Source of the DNA: Mobula birostris
Lineage: Eukaryota
DNA: 64,000 nucleotides
Assembly: GCF_030028105.1 (NCBI RefSeq)
Contig: NC_092400.1
Coordinates: forward strand, 6,138,001-6,202,000
Reading direction: 5' to 3'
Positions 25,383 to 39,004 of the stretch are shown here, one piece after another (position 1 is the first letter of the stretch; each line of letters starts with the position of its first letter). The notes under the pieces are model-generated. The model had not been told where the DNA came from and made no database searches. It was given only the letters and a program-made list of their open reading frames with translations. Position numbers and translations under genes: made by a program.

Positions 25383-27769
25383 TAAATCAATAACGTATAT
25401 TGAATAGATTTTAAAATGTGCAAAAACAAAAATACTGTATATTAAAAAAAAAAGTGAGGTAGTGTCCAAAGATTCAATGTCCATCTAGAAATCAGATGGC
25501 AGACGGGGAGAAGCTGTTCCTGAATCGCTGAGTGTGTGCCTTCAGGCTTCTGTACCTCCTACCTGATGGTATTGTGAGAAAAGGGCATGCCCTGGGTGCT
25601 GGGAGTCCTTAATAATGGATGCTGCCTTTATGAGACACCGCTCCCTAAAGATGTCCTGGGTACTTTGTAAATTAGTACCCAAGATGGAGCTGACTAGATT
25701 TACAACCTTCAGCAGCTTCTTTCAGTCCTGTGCAGTAGCCCCTCCATACCAGACAGTGATGCAGCCTATCAGAGTGCTTTCCACGATACAACTATAGAAG
25801 TTTTTGAGTGTATTTGTTGACATGCCAAGTCTTTTCAAACTCCTAATAAAGTGTAGCCTCTGTCTTGCCTTCTTTATAATTACATTGATATGTTGGGAAC
25901 AGGTTAGATCCTCAGAGATCCAGGAACTTGAAGCTGCTCACTCTCTCCACTTCTGATCCCTCTATGAGGATTGGTATGTGTTCCTTCATCTTACCCTTCC
26001 TGAAGTACACAATCAGTTCTTTCGTCTTACTGATGTTGAGTGCCAGGTTGTTGCTGTGGCACCGCTCCACTAGTTGGCATGTCTCACTCCTGTACGCCCT
26101 CTCGTCACCACCTGAGATTCTACCAACAATGGTTGTATTGTCAGCAAATTTATAGATGGTATTTGAGCTATGCCTAGCCACACAGTGAGATGGATCCAGT
26201 CTGTGCAATACTAACATGAAATATGTTGCAATGACAACATAAAGGTCAGTGCAGTCACATGGTTATCATTTAAAAACCTGAATTGCCTTAAATGTTATAT
26301 CCGTTATGAGAACTATATACAGTGTGAGAGAGAGCAGAAGTATCTTACTGGAATTGTTTGGATCCTGATGGGACGGCATCTGGCATTCTGTGCCCAGGCC
26401 TGCTCTCCCTACCTAAAGACTTGCTATAAAAGGAATGCTGTGAAGAATCCTCTGTTTGATTTTTGGGATAGGAGGATAATGAGGCAGAAGTGGGGGTTGA
26501 CCAGTAGAGATAGGTTAAACTAAATGATCTTAAATTATGCAGAGATTAGAAAGATGGAACGTAATCTAGTGCAATTCAGGGTAGATGCTGGGATGAGATT
26601 TCTCTTGGCCCTACACAGTCACAGTCTCCAAATACGTAAAGGGTTGGCCATTCAGGACTGAGATTTGTCAAAATATCTCCACCCAGAAGACGATGAACCT
26701 TAGGAAATCTCTACCCAAGAAGACGGTGGAGGCTAAATCACTGAGCATATTCAAGGCAACAAAAGAACTGTAGGTGTAGGTTTTTAGTGCAGGCAAATGG
26801 TGCTGAGGTACCATAAGCAATCAGCTATGATCATGTTAAATGGTGGAGTGGGTATGAAGGCTCAAATGCTTTACTCCTGCCCCCATTTCTTATGCTCTGA
26901 TGACATACAGGTATAGCTGATACACAGATCAATGATGAAAACTGATTAAATCTTGGAGCAAACCTGATTTAGTAGAGGCTCAGAGGGAAATGAATGACTT
27001 TACACATGTACAGGTATTGGTTATCGTTATGACTGATGTAGCTGCAGTTTGTTATTGAACTCAAAGCTGCTGCATTTGCGTAAAGGTATTAATCGATAAC
27101 CAAAAGAAATAACTGAAGAAACATTCTTGATCTTAAAAAAAGTTAAAACCAGAAAGCTGATGTCCCAGACAGAGCATAGGGACAGCTTTCCTGTTCTGCC
27201 ATGATGATTTCAGAAGGAAATTTGCTTGGTAACATCCCCATCTCTGACCCCTGACCATAGAGAACAGTGTATTATAAGAAGCACTAGTCATTTGCATAGG
27301 GTTAACAGCCCTGAATAGAAGGGAAGGGATATAATCTATCATTTATTTTACTTCATTTTAATTTATACTTAAGACCTAGGTATTTTAATTATACCTCTTA
27401 TTTCCTTATTTTTAAAATTTCAAGTCTATTTGATTAACAGAAACACATAACGGCCTTTGATAGTGGAAAACTGTCAAGGCCATCAAGTCCTAATATCTGA
27501 GGCTTGAGGCCAAGTCTGTATTTGTAGCCTTGAGGGAAATACTCTTGTGCAGGTAGGGTCAGCCCTCTTGGCCCTCAGTATCCAGATCACTCGCATGCAA
27601 GCAGGTGAGCCTAGTTGGTGATGGGTACAGCCATTTGTTTCCCTGTGTAACTGAGACTTTCTTTGAGATCCAGTCCTAAGCACCCTTGTGAACACAACAA
27701 ATGACTCCCCTAAGATATTAGAACTATCCAGTTTAAGTCATCCAGCAGCAGACAAGACCAAGTTGGTGT

Positions 27770-28510
27770 TTCTCAATGTGCTGCAGCCTGTGTTGCTGTA
27801 ATGGTGCAATCACTTGAATCGGGTAAGATGATCTCCTAAGGGTTGTCCATTGGTCGACCTTCAGATGGTTGGAGATGCTGATCCGGGATCCACATGCGCT
27901 GTGGACATGGGTAAGTGGTGTGGCTGTGGTTAGTGGTTTTCAGTTTCTCCTCTTGCAGCTGCCGCTTGTTCTCTGTGGCATGCTGGAGGTCGTTCTCATG
28001 TAGCGCAGCTCCCTCCTGAACGTATTTCCTCCAGGTGTACCTATTGAGTGCAATGTCTTCCTAGTTTTTAGATGTAACGATGACTTTCTTCAGGTTGATT
28101 GTGATGTTAACTTTGAAGCGTTTCCTTTGCTCACCAGGGGCTCTCTGATCTCCCTTCAACTGAGAGTATAAGATCTCTTTGGGGAGTCAGGAGTTAGGCA
28201 TCCTGATGAAATGACCTATCTTTTGGAGTTGGTATAGTTTTACGATGATGGAGATGCTGTACATGTTGGCCTCCTCTACTATGTCGCTGTTAGTGTGTCC
28301 GTTCTTCCAGCTGATCCTCAAAATCTTTTATAAGGATATTTGGTGATATTTCCATAGATGCTGCCTGGCCTGCTGAGTTCCTCCAGCATCTTGTGGGTGT
28401 TGATCGGAATTCCAGCACTTGCAGATTTTCTCTTGTTTTTGAAGGTATTGTTCCAGGGGCTTTGGGCACCTTCTGTAGGTGGGCCACGATTCAGCTCCTT
28501 ACAGTAATGT
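27770..28510 (-). mobile_element. RTE-clade LINE 3' fragment, with a PLE tail piece at about 28351-28437
   Basis: Minus strand GHFIRMPNS*LPKEILYSQLKGDQRAPGEQRKRFK..EDIALNRYTWRK. Confidence 0.8.
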
Positions 28511-28549
28511 AGGAAGGACAACTACTCTTTCAAACAAAAGTTAGGCAGA

Positions 28550-29430
28550 TTTTTAGCAAGGCTAAGGAGCTGATTATTGATGTCGGGAGGCGGAAACCAG
28601 CAGTCCATGAGTCAGTTCTCATTGGGAGATCAGAGGCGGAGAGAGTCGGCAACTTTAAATTACTAGGGGTTATCATTTCAGAGGACTTTTCCAGGGCCCA
28701 GCATGAAAGTGCAATTGTAAAGAGAGCACAGCAGCACCTCTACTACCTTAGAAGTTTATGAAGATTCAGCATGGCATCTAAAACTTCAATAAACTCTGTA
28801 GATGTGTGGTGAAGAGTATATTGACTGGCTGCATCACAACCTGCTATGGAAACACTGATGCATCTGAACACAGAATCCTACTAAAAGTAGTGGATACCGT
28901 CCAGTCTATCACAGGTAAAGCCCTCCCCTCCATTGAGCACATCTAGACAGAGAACTGTCGCAGGAAACCAGTATCCATCAATTCAGGCCAGGCTCTCTTC
29001 TCACTGCTGCCATCAGGAAGAAGGTACAGGAGCCTCAGGACTCTCCCCATTAGGTCCAGGAACAGTTACTACACCTCAACCATCAGGTTCTTGAACCAGT
29101 GGGGATCACCACCCTCAACTTCACCTGCCCGGTTACTGAACCGTTCCCATAACCTATGGACTCACTTTCAAGGACTCTTCATCTCATGTTCTCAATATTT
29201 ATTTATTTATCTATCTATCTATCTGTTTGTTTGTTTGTTTATTTATTAGTATTTGCACAGTTTGTTGTCTTTTGCACATTGGTTGTTTGTCCATCTTCTT
29301 GGGTGCAATCTTCCATTGATTCTGTTCTGGTTCTTGGATTTACTGAGTATGCCTGCAAGAAAACAAATCTTGGGGTTGTATATGGTGACAATATATGTAT
29401 TTTGATAATAAATTTACTTTGAACTTTGAC
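28550..29430 (+). mobile_element. Rex1/Babar LINE 3' fragment
   Basis: KELIID, ERVGNFKLLG and LPSGRRYRSLRT; tail aataaatttactttgaactttga. Confidence 0.88.
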
Positions 29431-30609
29431 TAAAAGGGGTGAATTTGCTGTTGTTCATTTTCTTTAACAGTGGACCTTCTCCCCAAATGGATATATTATC
29501 ACTGCCTCCTAAAACATCTTAGCCTGCTCTCTTTGACAAAAAAAATGTTTTTGTCAGTTAAAGAATTTTTGAGGCTCTTTAAAAGCCAAGACATTGGCTC
29601 CTATTGAATATCACATTGTTCAAGAGATATAAGTCCTTATCAATGTACATCAGTCATGCACAATACCCAGATCGTGAAATGTTAAACGAAAAAAACCTTT
29701 TATTGTTTGTAGCTAGAGATCCTTATAACTTCTGTCCACATTGAGGATTAATTGATTGGTAGAATGTAAACAATATTCAGAGCACTGTTTCCCAAGTGTC
29801 TTTAGAGACAGGACTGCAATAATCTTCATCTAAAGTGAAACCAGCAGAGATCTGGTCATGACTTTGCAGAGTATTAATTGCACAGTTTTGGCAGTCTATC
29901 ATATTTCAGATCAGGCTGCAGGAGCTCCCAATGTATGCAGTGGGGTGCAGTTGGGATCTATGCCGCTGCCTGTTCTAACGGCCCTAAGTAACCAGTCCTC
30001 CCACGATGTGTTCAACGTTTGCAAAGGGTGGCTCGGATGTGACAGGGGATAGAGCCCCTCAACAAATGTAAGAAATATTTCAGTACGATAGCGATCTCCA
30101 CCCAGTGCTCCTGGTAGAATGTGGGTCAGCCTGTCTTACAAAACAAAAAGGCACAGTAGCCCTTTTGTTTGGCTTCCTCAGTGTCAATGGAACCCCTTAG
30201 GGGACAGCAGTAGTATCTACGAACTGTGTGGAAAAATAATCCCAGAATAGATTGTGCTTACTTAAGGATGAAATAAGTAAGGGGCAAACAAAGCAGCAGT
30301 TAAAACTACCAGCAGCAGCTTCAGAAATATTCTGTGGTTGGCCAAAAGGGACGCAGATTCCAGATCACTGGTGCCAACTGGTCTCGCACCTGTAATCCAA
30401 AGTGAAGCTGAGAATCTGTTTTTCATGTTGTGGTGGGTGAGTGGAAGAGACTGAGAAACCACAGGCCTGCTGCTGTGTGGTTAACTGCGATGGGGGGTAG
30501 TATGTGATCAGTTTTGGTTGCTTTTGTCTGTATGATCGGAATCAGAAACAGCTTTATTATCACTGACTTCCATAGTGTGAAATTTGTTGTTCAGTAGCAG
30601 CCAAACAGT

Positions 30610-32828
30610 ATACTATACAATATAGCTACCATACAGGCATCCACAGTTTCAAATTGTTCCATTCAAGACTGAAGTTTTAATCACTGTGAAGGCTTTCTTA
30701 CTCTTGTGGAATAATGTCTTCCCTGACAAGGGGGATGACTTTGTTTGGCAGGTGAGACTTGTGGCTGTCAAACAATCTCAGGTTCTGGGGGCTTTTCAAT
30801 AGTGGTTGTAGGAGTTCACACTAGGACTGCCGGAAGTAGTTCTGACAGATCTGGACATCTTTCTTCTGGATGTGTTGGAATCCCAAACAGTGCATCACAA
30901 GCTTAATTGGAATATGTGGGTCACAATGTGCGAGTTCAGTGTCACATAGAAGTTGAATGTGGCTTGTTGGTTGTTGTGTTTCACTGTTACAATGTCATTC
31001 CCATAGGAGTTATCTTTTCTCCAGTATATAAGTTCTTAGTTGTCTATCTGCAGGCTTCAGTTCAGTATCTTTCAAATGCCATTAAAACTCATTTTGTGGA
31101 ATGACTGAAACAGGCAAAACAGTGTCCAATTCTGTTTTAATTAATTTGCCATTCACTTCTGATGTAAGCCATATTGTTTGTCAATTGTTAGTTTTCACAG
31201 AGTAAACCTCAAAGCTACTCAATCCTGTTTCACTCTTATCTCCCTGTTTATCCTGACCTATCTCCAGTCGTCTTGACTCTCGTCTTGCCACTGGATCTAG
31301 ATAAACTTGGACGAGAGAGTGAGGTTAACGACCTGTGTAACTCTCCCTCATTTTAATCAAATTCACGCACAAGTCACGACATCCAAAGCGGAGAGAGTGA
31401 GCAGCAGGCACCTCAACTACAGAACCTTCACACGCTTTCCCCACATGTGGGAAGTACTTCCTAGCCTGGATTGGACTCATCAGTCACCTCCAGACACATA
31501 AATAACAAACACACCAACCCAGGAATATCAGCGGTCCTTATTGCTTGCAATGTTGGCGCACACACACACTTTCATCACTATCAGATTTTTCATCAACAGT
31601 GTGCAGATTAGTGCTCCATTTGAAACTGCAACTTGATTTTTTTATCTTTTTCTTTTCCCTGTGCAGTCCACTTATTTTCGTCTGCTGACATATTCATTCT
31701 ATGTGTCCTACTTTGTTGCATTTTCTGCAAAATTCACTTTTAAACCTGGATTGGCCTGGTGTATGTGAGCCACTGCCACAATGGTAACACAACTTGTTTA
31801 GCCAGGCTGGTTTCTGTTTAGACACTGCAGCTTTGTTCACGCTCACTTTCATTTCTGACTGCTACTCAATTGCATCTCTGTCTGCTGTTTCTATTGATAT
31901 GGCTATTTCAACTGTTCTTTAAAATTTAAGTTGTACTTCAGTTAGGTGCTGTTTTTAAATGGTTCTTGTAAAACTCCATGAACTAAGCAATCTCTTAGTG
32001 CATCACTAAGCCTATTACTGAACTGACAATTTTCAGACAATCTCTTCAATTCAGCTATGTATGCTGAAAAAGCCTCTCCCTCATTTTGATTACACTTATG
32101 AAACCTAATGTGTTCTGCAATCAACAATGGTTTTGGTTCTAATTGTTCCTGTATTTACTTTCACAATACCAGCAAAGGTAACTTCAGCTGGTTTGGTTTG
32201 ATCAGTCAAATTTCAAAGCAAACCGTATGCCTTTAAATCTAATACACTCAGCAAAATTGGCACTGGCTTCTCATTGGTGGTTTAAATTGTTTCAAAATAA
32301 TGCTCAATTTGATCATATACCTAGTCCAGTTATCTTTTGTGCAATCGATCGCATCTATCTTTCTGATGTAGCCAGCCGTTTCTGTTCTTTTTAAAAAATT
32401 TATGATTATTATTACCCATAACTCTGTTTATGAATGTGTGAATTTGTCTATTATCTACTTTCTTTTAACTTGATCTTCTCTGTCTCCATTTCTGATGACA
32501 CAAGTGCTGCATTGATTTTTTAAAACTCAAATGTCTCATTGTGCTTCAACATGTAGTTAGTCATCTCAGGTTCATTTAAAACTTACTCGTCACCACTGTT
32601 ATGTTTTGTAAACATAAAACTAATTAAAAGCAAAAGACAGGAACCAAGGAGAATGGGTCTTGTTTTGTTTTTACTGTAAGTATGGTGGTGGTGTGATGAC
32701 ATATGTCATTTATGTACTTTCACATATGCACTAACCCATAAAGAATTATTTAAACAAAAATGAATGCTTAGTCAAACAATATATTTACAATATTACTCAA
32801 ATATTACTGAAATATTAAATACACAACA
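30610..32828 (-). mobile_element. Gypsy (Mag-like) LTR retrotransposon, internally deleted; 5' LTR at 32597-32828
   Basis: LTR TG..CA; PBS tggtgacgag next to the LTR; gag LIAEHIRFHKCNQNEGE..YIAELKRL; double Zn knuckle CYHCG..H..CRKCNKVGH; protease-like ELDT; pol end HYSTRVRKP. RT and most of IN are absent. Confidence 0.88.
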
Positions 32829-33261
32829 GGAAACCTTTCTTTCTGAGAAGCCTGTTCAGGACAAGCTAGACTGTTTCTACAAAACAACTACATGGGGAGA
32901 GTTGAGGAATCTAAATGCAATATCCTTTAGGTTGCTCAGAACAAATTAAGGGTGATTTTTTTTTTGAACATGATAAACAGCAAAGTGCAGGCTGCTTCAC
33001 TCCCACTGAAAGTCAAGAGCTGTGATTGGCTGTTACCTATTTCAGATTTCAATGAAACTGACTACAGTGGAATGAAATTCAGAGACACTGAACCTACCCT
33101 ACTACTTAGCACAAATTTATCTATCGACTGAGAACGCATATCTTGACAAAATATCTTGGTCCATGGTGGGACTAAATGTAGAGCAAGTGACTGTTCTGTA
33201 AAGCTGTGCTTTATCCACCATGGTCATTTACAGCTCTGAGTTGCTAAGCAAATTAATTCAC

Positions 33262-33583
33262 CTCCCCATTCTCACCATCGAGGACATCTTCAAAAGGAGG
33301 TGCATCAAAAAGGTGGCATCCATAATTAAAGGTCCTCCTCCTCTGGGACATGCCCTCCTCTCATTGCTAACATTGAGGAGAAGGTAAAGGAGCCTGAAGA
33401 CCCACACTCAATGATTTAGAAACAGCTTCTTCCACTCTAGCATCAGATTTCTGAATGGTCCATGAACCCATGAATATTACCTCATTATTCCTCTTTTATG
33501 CTACTTAAATTATTTATTGTAATTTATGGTGATTCTTTTGTCTGACACTGTACTGCTACCACAAAACCACTAACTTCATGACA
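33262..33583 (+). mobile_element. Rex1/Babar 3' fragment
   Basis: TIEDIFKRRCIKKVASII..RNSFFHSSIRFLN. Confidence 0.8.
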
Positions 33584-33585
33584 TA

Positions 33586-34065
33586 TAGTCATAGTCACAG
33601 TCATAGTCATAGTCATACTTTATTGATCCCGGGGGAAATTGGTTTTCATTACAGTTGCACCATAAATAATTAAATAGTAATAAAACCATTAATATGTAAA
33701 TTATGCCAGGAAATAAGTCCAGGACCAGCGTATTGGCTCAGGGTGTCTGACTCTCCAAGGGAGGAGTTGTAAAGTTTGATGGCCACAGGCAGGAATGACT
33801 TTCTATGATGCTCTGTGCTGCATCTCGGTGGAATGAGTCTCTAGCTGAATGTACTCCTGTGCCCAACCAGTACATTATGTAGTGGATGGGAGACATTGAC
33901 CAAGATGGCATGCAACTTAGACAGCATCCTCTTTTCAGACACCACCGTGAGAGAGTCCAGTTCCATCCCCACAACATCACTGGCCTTACGGATGAGTTTG
34001 TTGATTCTGTTGATGTCTGCTACCCTCAGCCTGCTGCCCCAGCACACAACAGCAAACATGATCGT
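33586..34065 (-). mobile_element. Rex1/Babar 3' fragment (different subfamily) with (GTCATA)n tail
   Basis: Minus ORF FAVVCWGSRLRVADINRINKLIRKASDVVG..HPLH; hexamer tail at 33586-33617. Confidence 0.85.
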
Positions 34066-34592
34066 TATAATAAGCATTCTGATTGTCCTCCAGGTTGAGG
34101 CAAAATACAAACTAGAGGAACAGCACCTTATATCCCATTTGCAAAATAATGGCAGGAACATTGAATTCTCCAACTTCAGGTAACCTGGTCCTGCTCAATT
34201 CCATTTCTCTCTCCTCCTGATCTACCCAGTTCCTCTTGCACACACCCCAGACATAAGTTCTTTTCCTTCCTCTACCCATTCCATCTGCTCATCATGCACA
34301 AAGTACAGCTACTGGGCTGCCTCCTGCACAATTCCCATCCGCACCGCCATCTCCTTTATTTTGTTCCGCATTCCACCTTCCTTCCCTGTCAGATTCCATC
34401 ACCTCGAGCTCTTTGTTGCCTCCCCATCGCCTCCCAGCCTCCGGCACCGTTTCCATTCTTCCCTCCTCTACCTCCCTATTACTCCTCCTCACCTGGAACC
34501 ACCTATCACTTGCCAGCTTTTGCTCCACTTAAAGCATCAACTGTCCATTTCCCTCTATGGATGCTGCCTAACTTGCCTAACCTCCAGCACTA
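34066..34592 (+). mobile_element. Older Penelope-like 3' fragment
   Basis: EAKYKLEEQHLISHL..NIEFSNFR followed by a pyrimidine-rich UTR and gatgctgcct end. Confidence 0.75.
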
Positions 34593-34789
34593 TTAGACAC
34601 GAGGAGCTGGATTGCAGAATTGAAATGCTGTTTTCACTTGAACAGATGAACAGTTTGTGCTAGTAATTTGATAATAATTTTGCCTATCACTTGTGACACA
34701 AGTAGCTAATTATTCCTGAAATATCTTAAATCATGTAATTTTAACATCACCATGAAAATGATGTGTTTCACATTTCTCTTTGATAGAAT

Positions 34790-35405
34790 GTTGCATTTGG
34801 AGTATTGTGTTCAGTGCTGGCCACACGTTATAGGGAAGATGGGGAAGTTTTTGAGAAGGTGCAGAGGAGGTTTACCAGGACACTGTCTCAATTAGAGAAC
34901 ATGTCTTCTGCTTTGGAGTGAAGGTGGAGGAGAGGCAATTTGATAGAGGCTGCCTGGAGTAGAGAGCTTAGATTGAGGGTAGCTTGAGCGAGCTTTGCTT
35001 TTCTCTTTGGAGGGAAGGGGGACGAGAGGTGATTTGATAGATGTGCATAAGATTACAAGAGGCATAGATAGAGTAGACAGCCTGTGCCTTTTTTCCTAGA
35101 GTGCAATAGCTAATAGCAGAGGGCATCATTTTAAGATGAGCGGGTGTAATTTTAGGAGATGTCAGAGGTAGTTTTTCTATACTAAAAGTGGTCTGTACCT
35201 GGAATAGACTGGTGGTGTGGGGTGTTTGAGGTTGATACAATAGAGCCGTTTAAGAGACTTTTAGATAGGCACATGCATGAAAGAAAAATGGTCAGAGGCT
35301 GTGTAGGAGGGAAGGGTTAGATTGATCATGGAGTAGGTTAAAAAGTTAGGAAAACATGATGGGCCGAAGGGCCTGTACTGTGCTGTGTTCAACGTTCTAT
35401 TTTGT
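34790..35405 (+). mobile_element. CR1 3' fragment(s)
   Basis: HLEYCVQCWP..EKVQRRFTR; tail gggccgaagggcctgtactgtgctgt. Confidence 0.85.
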
Positions 35406-35449
35406 GTGCTCTGCCTAGAAAGTCAAATCTTCCATATTTTCTTATGACA

Positions 35450-35762
35450 TGGAAAGAGACCATTTGGTCCATCATGTCTCTGCCTCTCTAAGAGCAATCC
35501 CATTCATACCATCCCCAACCTACTTCCTTACAGCCTGTTCTCTCTTCCATTCCCTGGTCCTCTCAACCACCCAGCTGGACTTGGAGAATGCAAGGAACCG
35601 GCTGATGTTGGACTGCTGAACTGTGAAGTTTGGAGCAATTTACAGTGGGTCAACTAATCACCCAATTAGAGTAACTTTGGGATGTGGAAAGAAATTGGAG
35701 CACCTGGTCATGGGAAGAATGTGCATACCATACACAGACAGCACGAGTGGTCAGGATCAAGC
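35450..35762 (-). mobile_element. V-SINE with CR1-type tail
   Basis: tttgggatgtggaaagaaattggagcacc (V-domain reverse complement); gagaccatttggtccatc CR1 tail. Confidence 0.55.
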
Positions 35763-35776
35763 TGAGTGAGTGAGTG

Positions 35777-36363
35777 AGGCCTCTGTCAGTCAGGGTCAAC
35801 CATGGATGTTGTGTCCTAGCTTTCTGGGTACATAAGCCTAGGCAGTACACTATGGAGAGCAAGCTGTTGCCCATGTAACAAGCTTCCCCTCTCCATGCAT
35901 CTGATGAATCTAAAGGAACGGCAGAGACTGATACATTTTGGTACCAGCAACGTCGCAGAAGTTGTCAGTCATTTTTGATCTCAACGGAGGACTGCCTCAG
36001 GAACTCCAGGTCCGGATCTTTCCCTCAGGGTTTACTCCGGATGTTTTTCCCATGAGTGGGTATAGCTGTAAGGTAGCAGAGGTTTGGGATCAGAGTTTTC
36101 CTTCTCCTAGATGAGCTGCCAACCACGGCTGATGAGCCCCATCTGCCCAAAGCGACTGGTTTTAAGGTACCAGTAACCTGTCTTTGCCCCCTCTCCTGTC
36201 AGTAGAAACAGGTCTGCCAGGCCCAGCACCTAAGCTACACATGAAAGCCAAGAGCTGGACTTGGTTGTCAGAGGCTATTTGAGGTGCACGTCATTGGGAG
36301 CATTTAATAGGTAGTCAGAGCTTGTCCCCACTATCTCCCCAGCTATAATTACCTTAATGAACC
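35777..36363 (-). mobile_element. Bipartite non-autonomous RTE-derived element (copy 1)
   Basis: RTE 5'UTR motif ctaggagaaggaaaactctga and RTE-like 3' end acatccatggttgaccctgac..aggcct on the minus strand; second copy at 59002-59572. Confidence 0.75.
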
Positions 36364-39004
36364 CATGTCTAGAGTTGCCTTATTTGAAACAGTTTCAAAT
36401 GAGGACAGGGATTAACTTTCAAGAAATATTCCAGTGGACTTTGTGTTTAAATAGGTTGAATAAAGTTGAACCAGTTAAATAAAGCACTCGTCTGACCTTT
36501 GGTGTGGGCATTACATAGAAAAAAAGCACAAAGGTCATTGGGACTAATAGGGCTAAGCTTGGTTTTAAGCTCCACTCAAGCACTATCATCTTAACCCTCT
36601 ATTTCCTTCCAACATACATACATCTCCAATCAAGTTGTTGACTCCGTCATTCTTTGGATTTCATATTGATTTGCTCTTCTCAGCCAATGGACAGATTATC
36701 TCTCTCTATCTCTCTACTTTCATACTTTCCACTATATTAATAGCCAATATCAGGTTGTCTCATAGCCTTCTCTCTTTAAGGGAACAGCCGAGCTTATAAC
36801 CTTATATTTCCAATATCACCTTTGTGAATCTTTCTAGCATCTGTCCAATACATTGTTATCCTATTTGTAATAATAATAGAAGAGGGCATTACTCCAAGTG
36901 TAGACAAGGTTCCTGTTCAGTTTAGCCTGACTTCTGTCTCTCTGGTACTAAACCTCAGTGCTTTATTTGTTTAAATTTTGGTGTTATTAACATTTGTCAT
37001 CACTTTTAGTGATGATTTCACTTGTACTCTTAGATCCTATTGTCATGTATTTGTCTAATATGGAATTCATTTGTACCATTGTTATATTTCCTCTCTGTTT
37101 TCTATGTTGAGGCCCACCAGACCATCTATTCCAATTCTTGTCCTTTGACGCTGCATGATGTTACCTTAGTCTCTAATCTATAACATGGATTCTCTTTGAT
37201 GACCTTACGAAAATCTAGGTATATTATCTATTCCTTTTTGTCTATTACTCTTTAAAGAATATAGTGAGGATGATCAAGCAAGACCTTCCCTTTTTGCTTT
37301 TCATTAATTCACCTAAATGTCTTTCTGATGTCTTTTTCATTTTTCCTGTTCTGGTATTAAACAGACTGTATTAAGTTCCTTGAACAACCGCAATCTCCCT
37401 TCATTAATTTTGCTACCTTGGCATTTCCTATCTACCTACTACTATTTTTAGGGTGGATGTTACTCTGTTGAAAATAACTTGATTAAGTCAAATTGAGTTA
37501 ATAATTTGCTTTGGCTATCTTGTGTTCTAGCAGATATTTCTCTACGATCAGCTGTATTTTGCTGAGTTTATTCTACATTTTTTAAAGTTGATCGAATTTA
37601 GTCATCTTAATTTGATTTGACAGTTTTTGGTTCACTCCTGTCCTCCGATCAGTCGAAGAATGTGTTAACATCAGGAACTTCAAAAACCATAACAAGTTGC
37701 TGAAAAGTTGTGCAAATCACAAGGAGGACTTACAAGAGAAGGGATTAAGTAAAAGTTGCAGGTATAAAACTGATATCTTCTTAACAAAATTAAACTTTGT
37801 GCCTAAAAGCCAGTTATCCAGAGTTGTGAGACAGTGCTGAGTAAAGTAGGAGTTTGTTTAAAGAAAAGTTAATGTTATGATAGCTGTATTCAGCGATAGA
37901 CTATTTCCCTTACTCCTGCTTATCCTGTGGCCATTGTACTTTCAGTCCCAACTTTTCTTTCCAGCTCTCTTGACCATTACCCTCAGAATAATATAAGTTT
38001 CTGGATGGTAGAAATTTTACCTGAGTTTATACTGAGGTAAAATCTGGATCCCATCCAGCTGGCAACTGATTGGTAGGTAGGCAAATTGTCTTTTGGTAGA
38101 TAATTAGTACATTTGCATCCAAAATGAGACAGCGACAAATTGCAATTTTGAAATTTATATTTTTTTGGCTAAATTGAGAGGTTGATACCGCATCAGAACT
38201 TCATTCACAAATTTCAAAGTGCTACGAATCCTCAGTGCAAAAGCCTTAGAGGAACTGTCTACATAGGCTACAGATCAGCAAAGCAAAACCAAAAGATTTA
38301 TTTAGGCAACTTTGTAATTTAGGGCTGTTTGTGTGTGGAGAGGGGATATGAAAGTGGGGTAGAAAGGCCGATGTGCTTTTGGTGATGGTGGGAAGCAAAA
38401 TAATGGGAGCCCTACGGCATGGAGAAGAGCAGAGTTCTATGTACTTTAGTTTGGGGAATGAAAGGACTGTGTTGTTAAGTGGAAAGAGGAGCCTCTGTAT
38501 GTTGGGGGGGGTGCTGGAGAAGGAGAAGTCTGTGTACTGTATTTACTAAACCTCCTTCTCTGGCTGATTGATTGTGGAAGGAACTCATTTTTGTATTTTA
38601 TCAGGAGAAAAAGAACAGGACACCCTCAGCTGAAGATGCATACTATCTAAAAGTATATCTGTAATTTCATGTGAGACACTTTGAATAATTGAGAGCCAGA
38701 ATGGCTTTCAAGTGAATCGCCTTATCTGCACTCTCCTCTCAAGCAGTAAATGGGATGTTTTGCTTAATTCAGACTGAGTTATCGCTCTCTTTTCTCTCAT
38801 ATATCTGTGTGCCCATTGATATAATACCTTGAGTGGGTGGATGGGAGTCTGACAGTTCTTAAAGCACCGTATTAAGTTCCTTCCAATTAATCATAGCCCA
38901 TGGTAGCTACCTGACACCAATACCGAAAATTGGATTCATTAATTATTGCCCATTCCTAAACCAGTTTTTAGGATAACACATAGGTTAACATATAAAGTCA
39001 ATAT

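Larger units (their letters stand above)
24135..26186 (-). mobile_element. Rex1/Babar LINE 3' part, interrupted by a Penelope element
   Basis: Minus ORF CVARHSSNTIYKFADNTTIVGRIS; (agaatc)n tail at 24135. Confidence 0.92.
22480..26900 (+). mobile_element. Old CR1 LINE remnants (about 22480-22890, 24015-24134, 26300-26900) split by nested insertions
   Basis: Collinear decayed CR1 segments (..cagagtcagcatggatttata.. = SQHGF; 3'UTR at about 26800-26895). Confidence 0.6.

Noticed and set aside
33586-33617. Short tandem arrays (GTCATA, AGAATC, AATTC, TATG) as possible CRISPR-like repeats
   Set aside because: They are LINE 3' tails or microsatellites with no spacers, in eukaryotic DNA.
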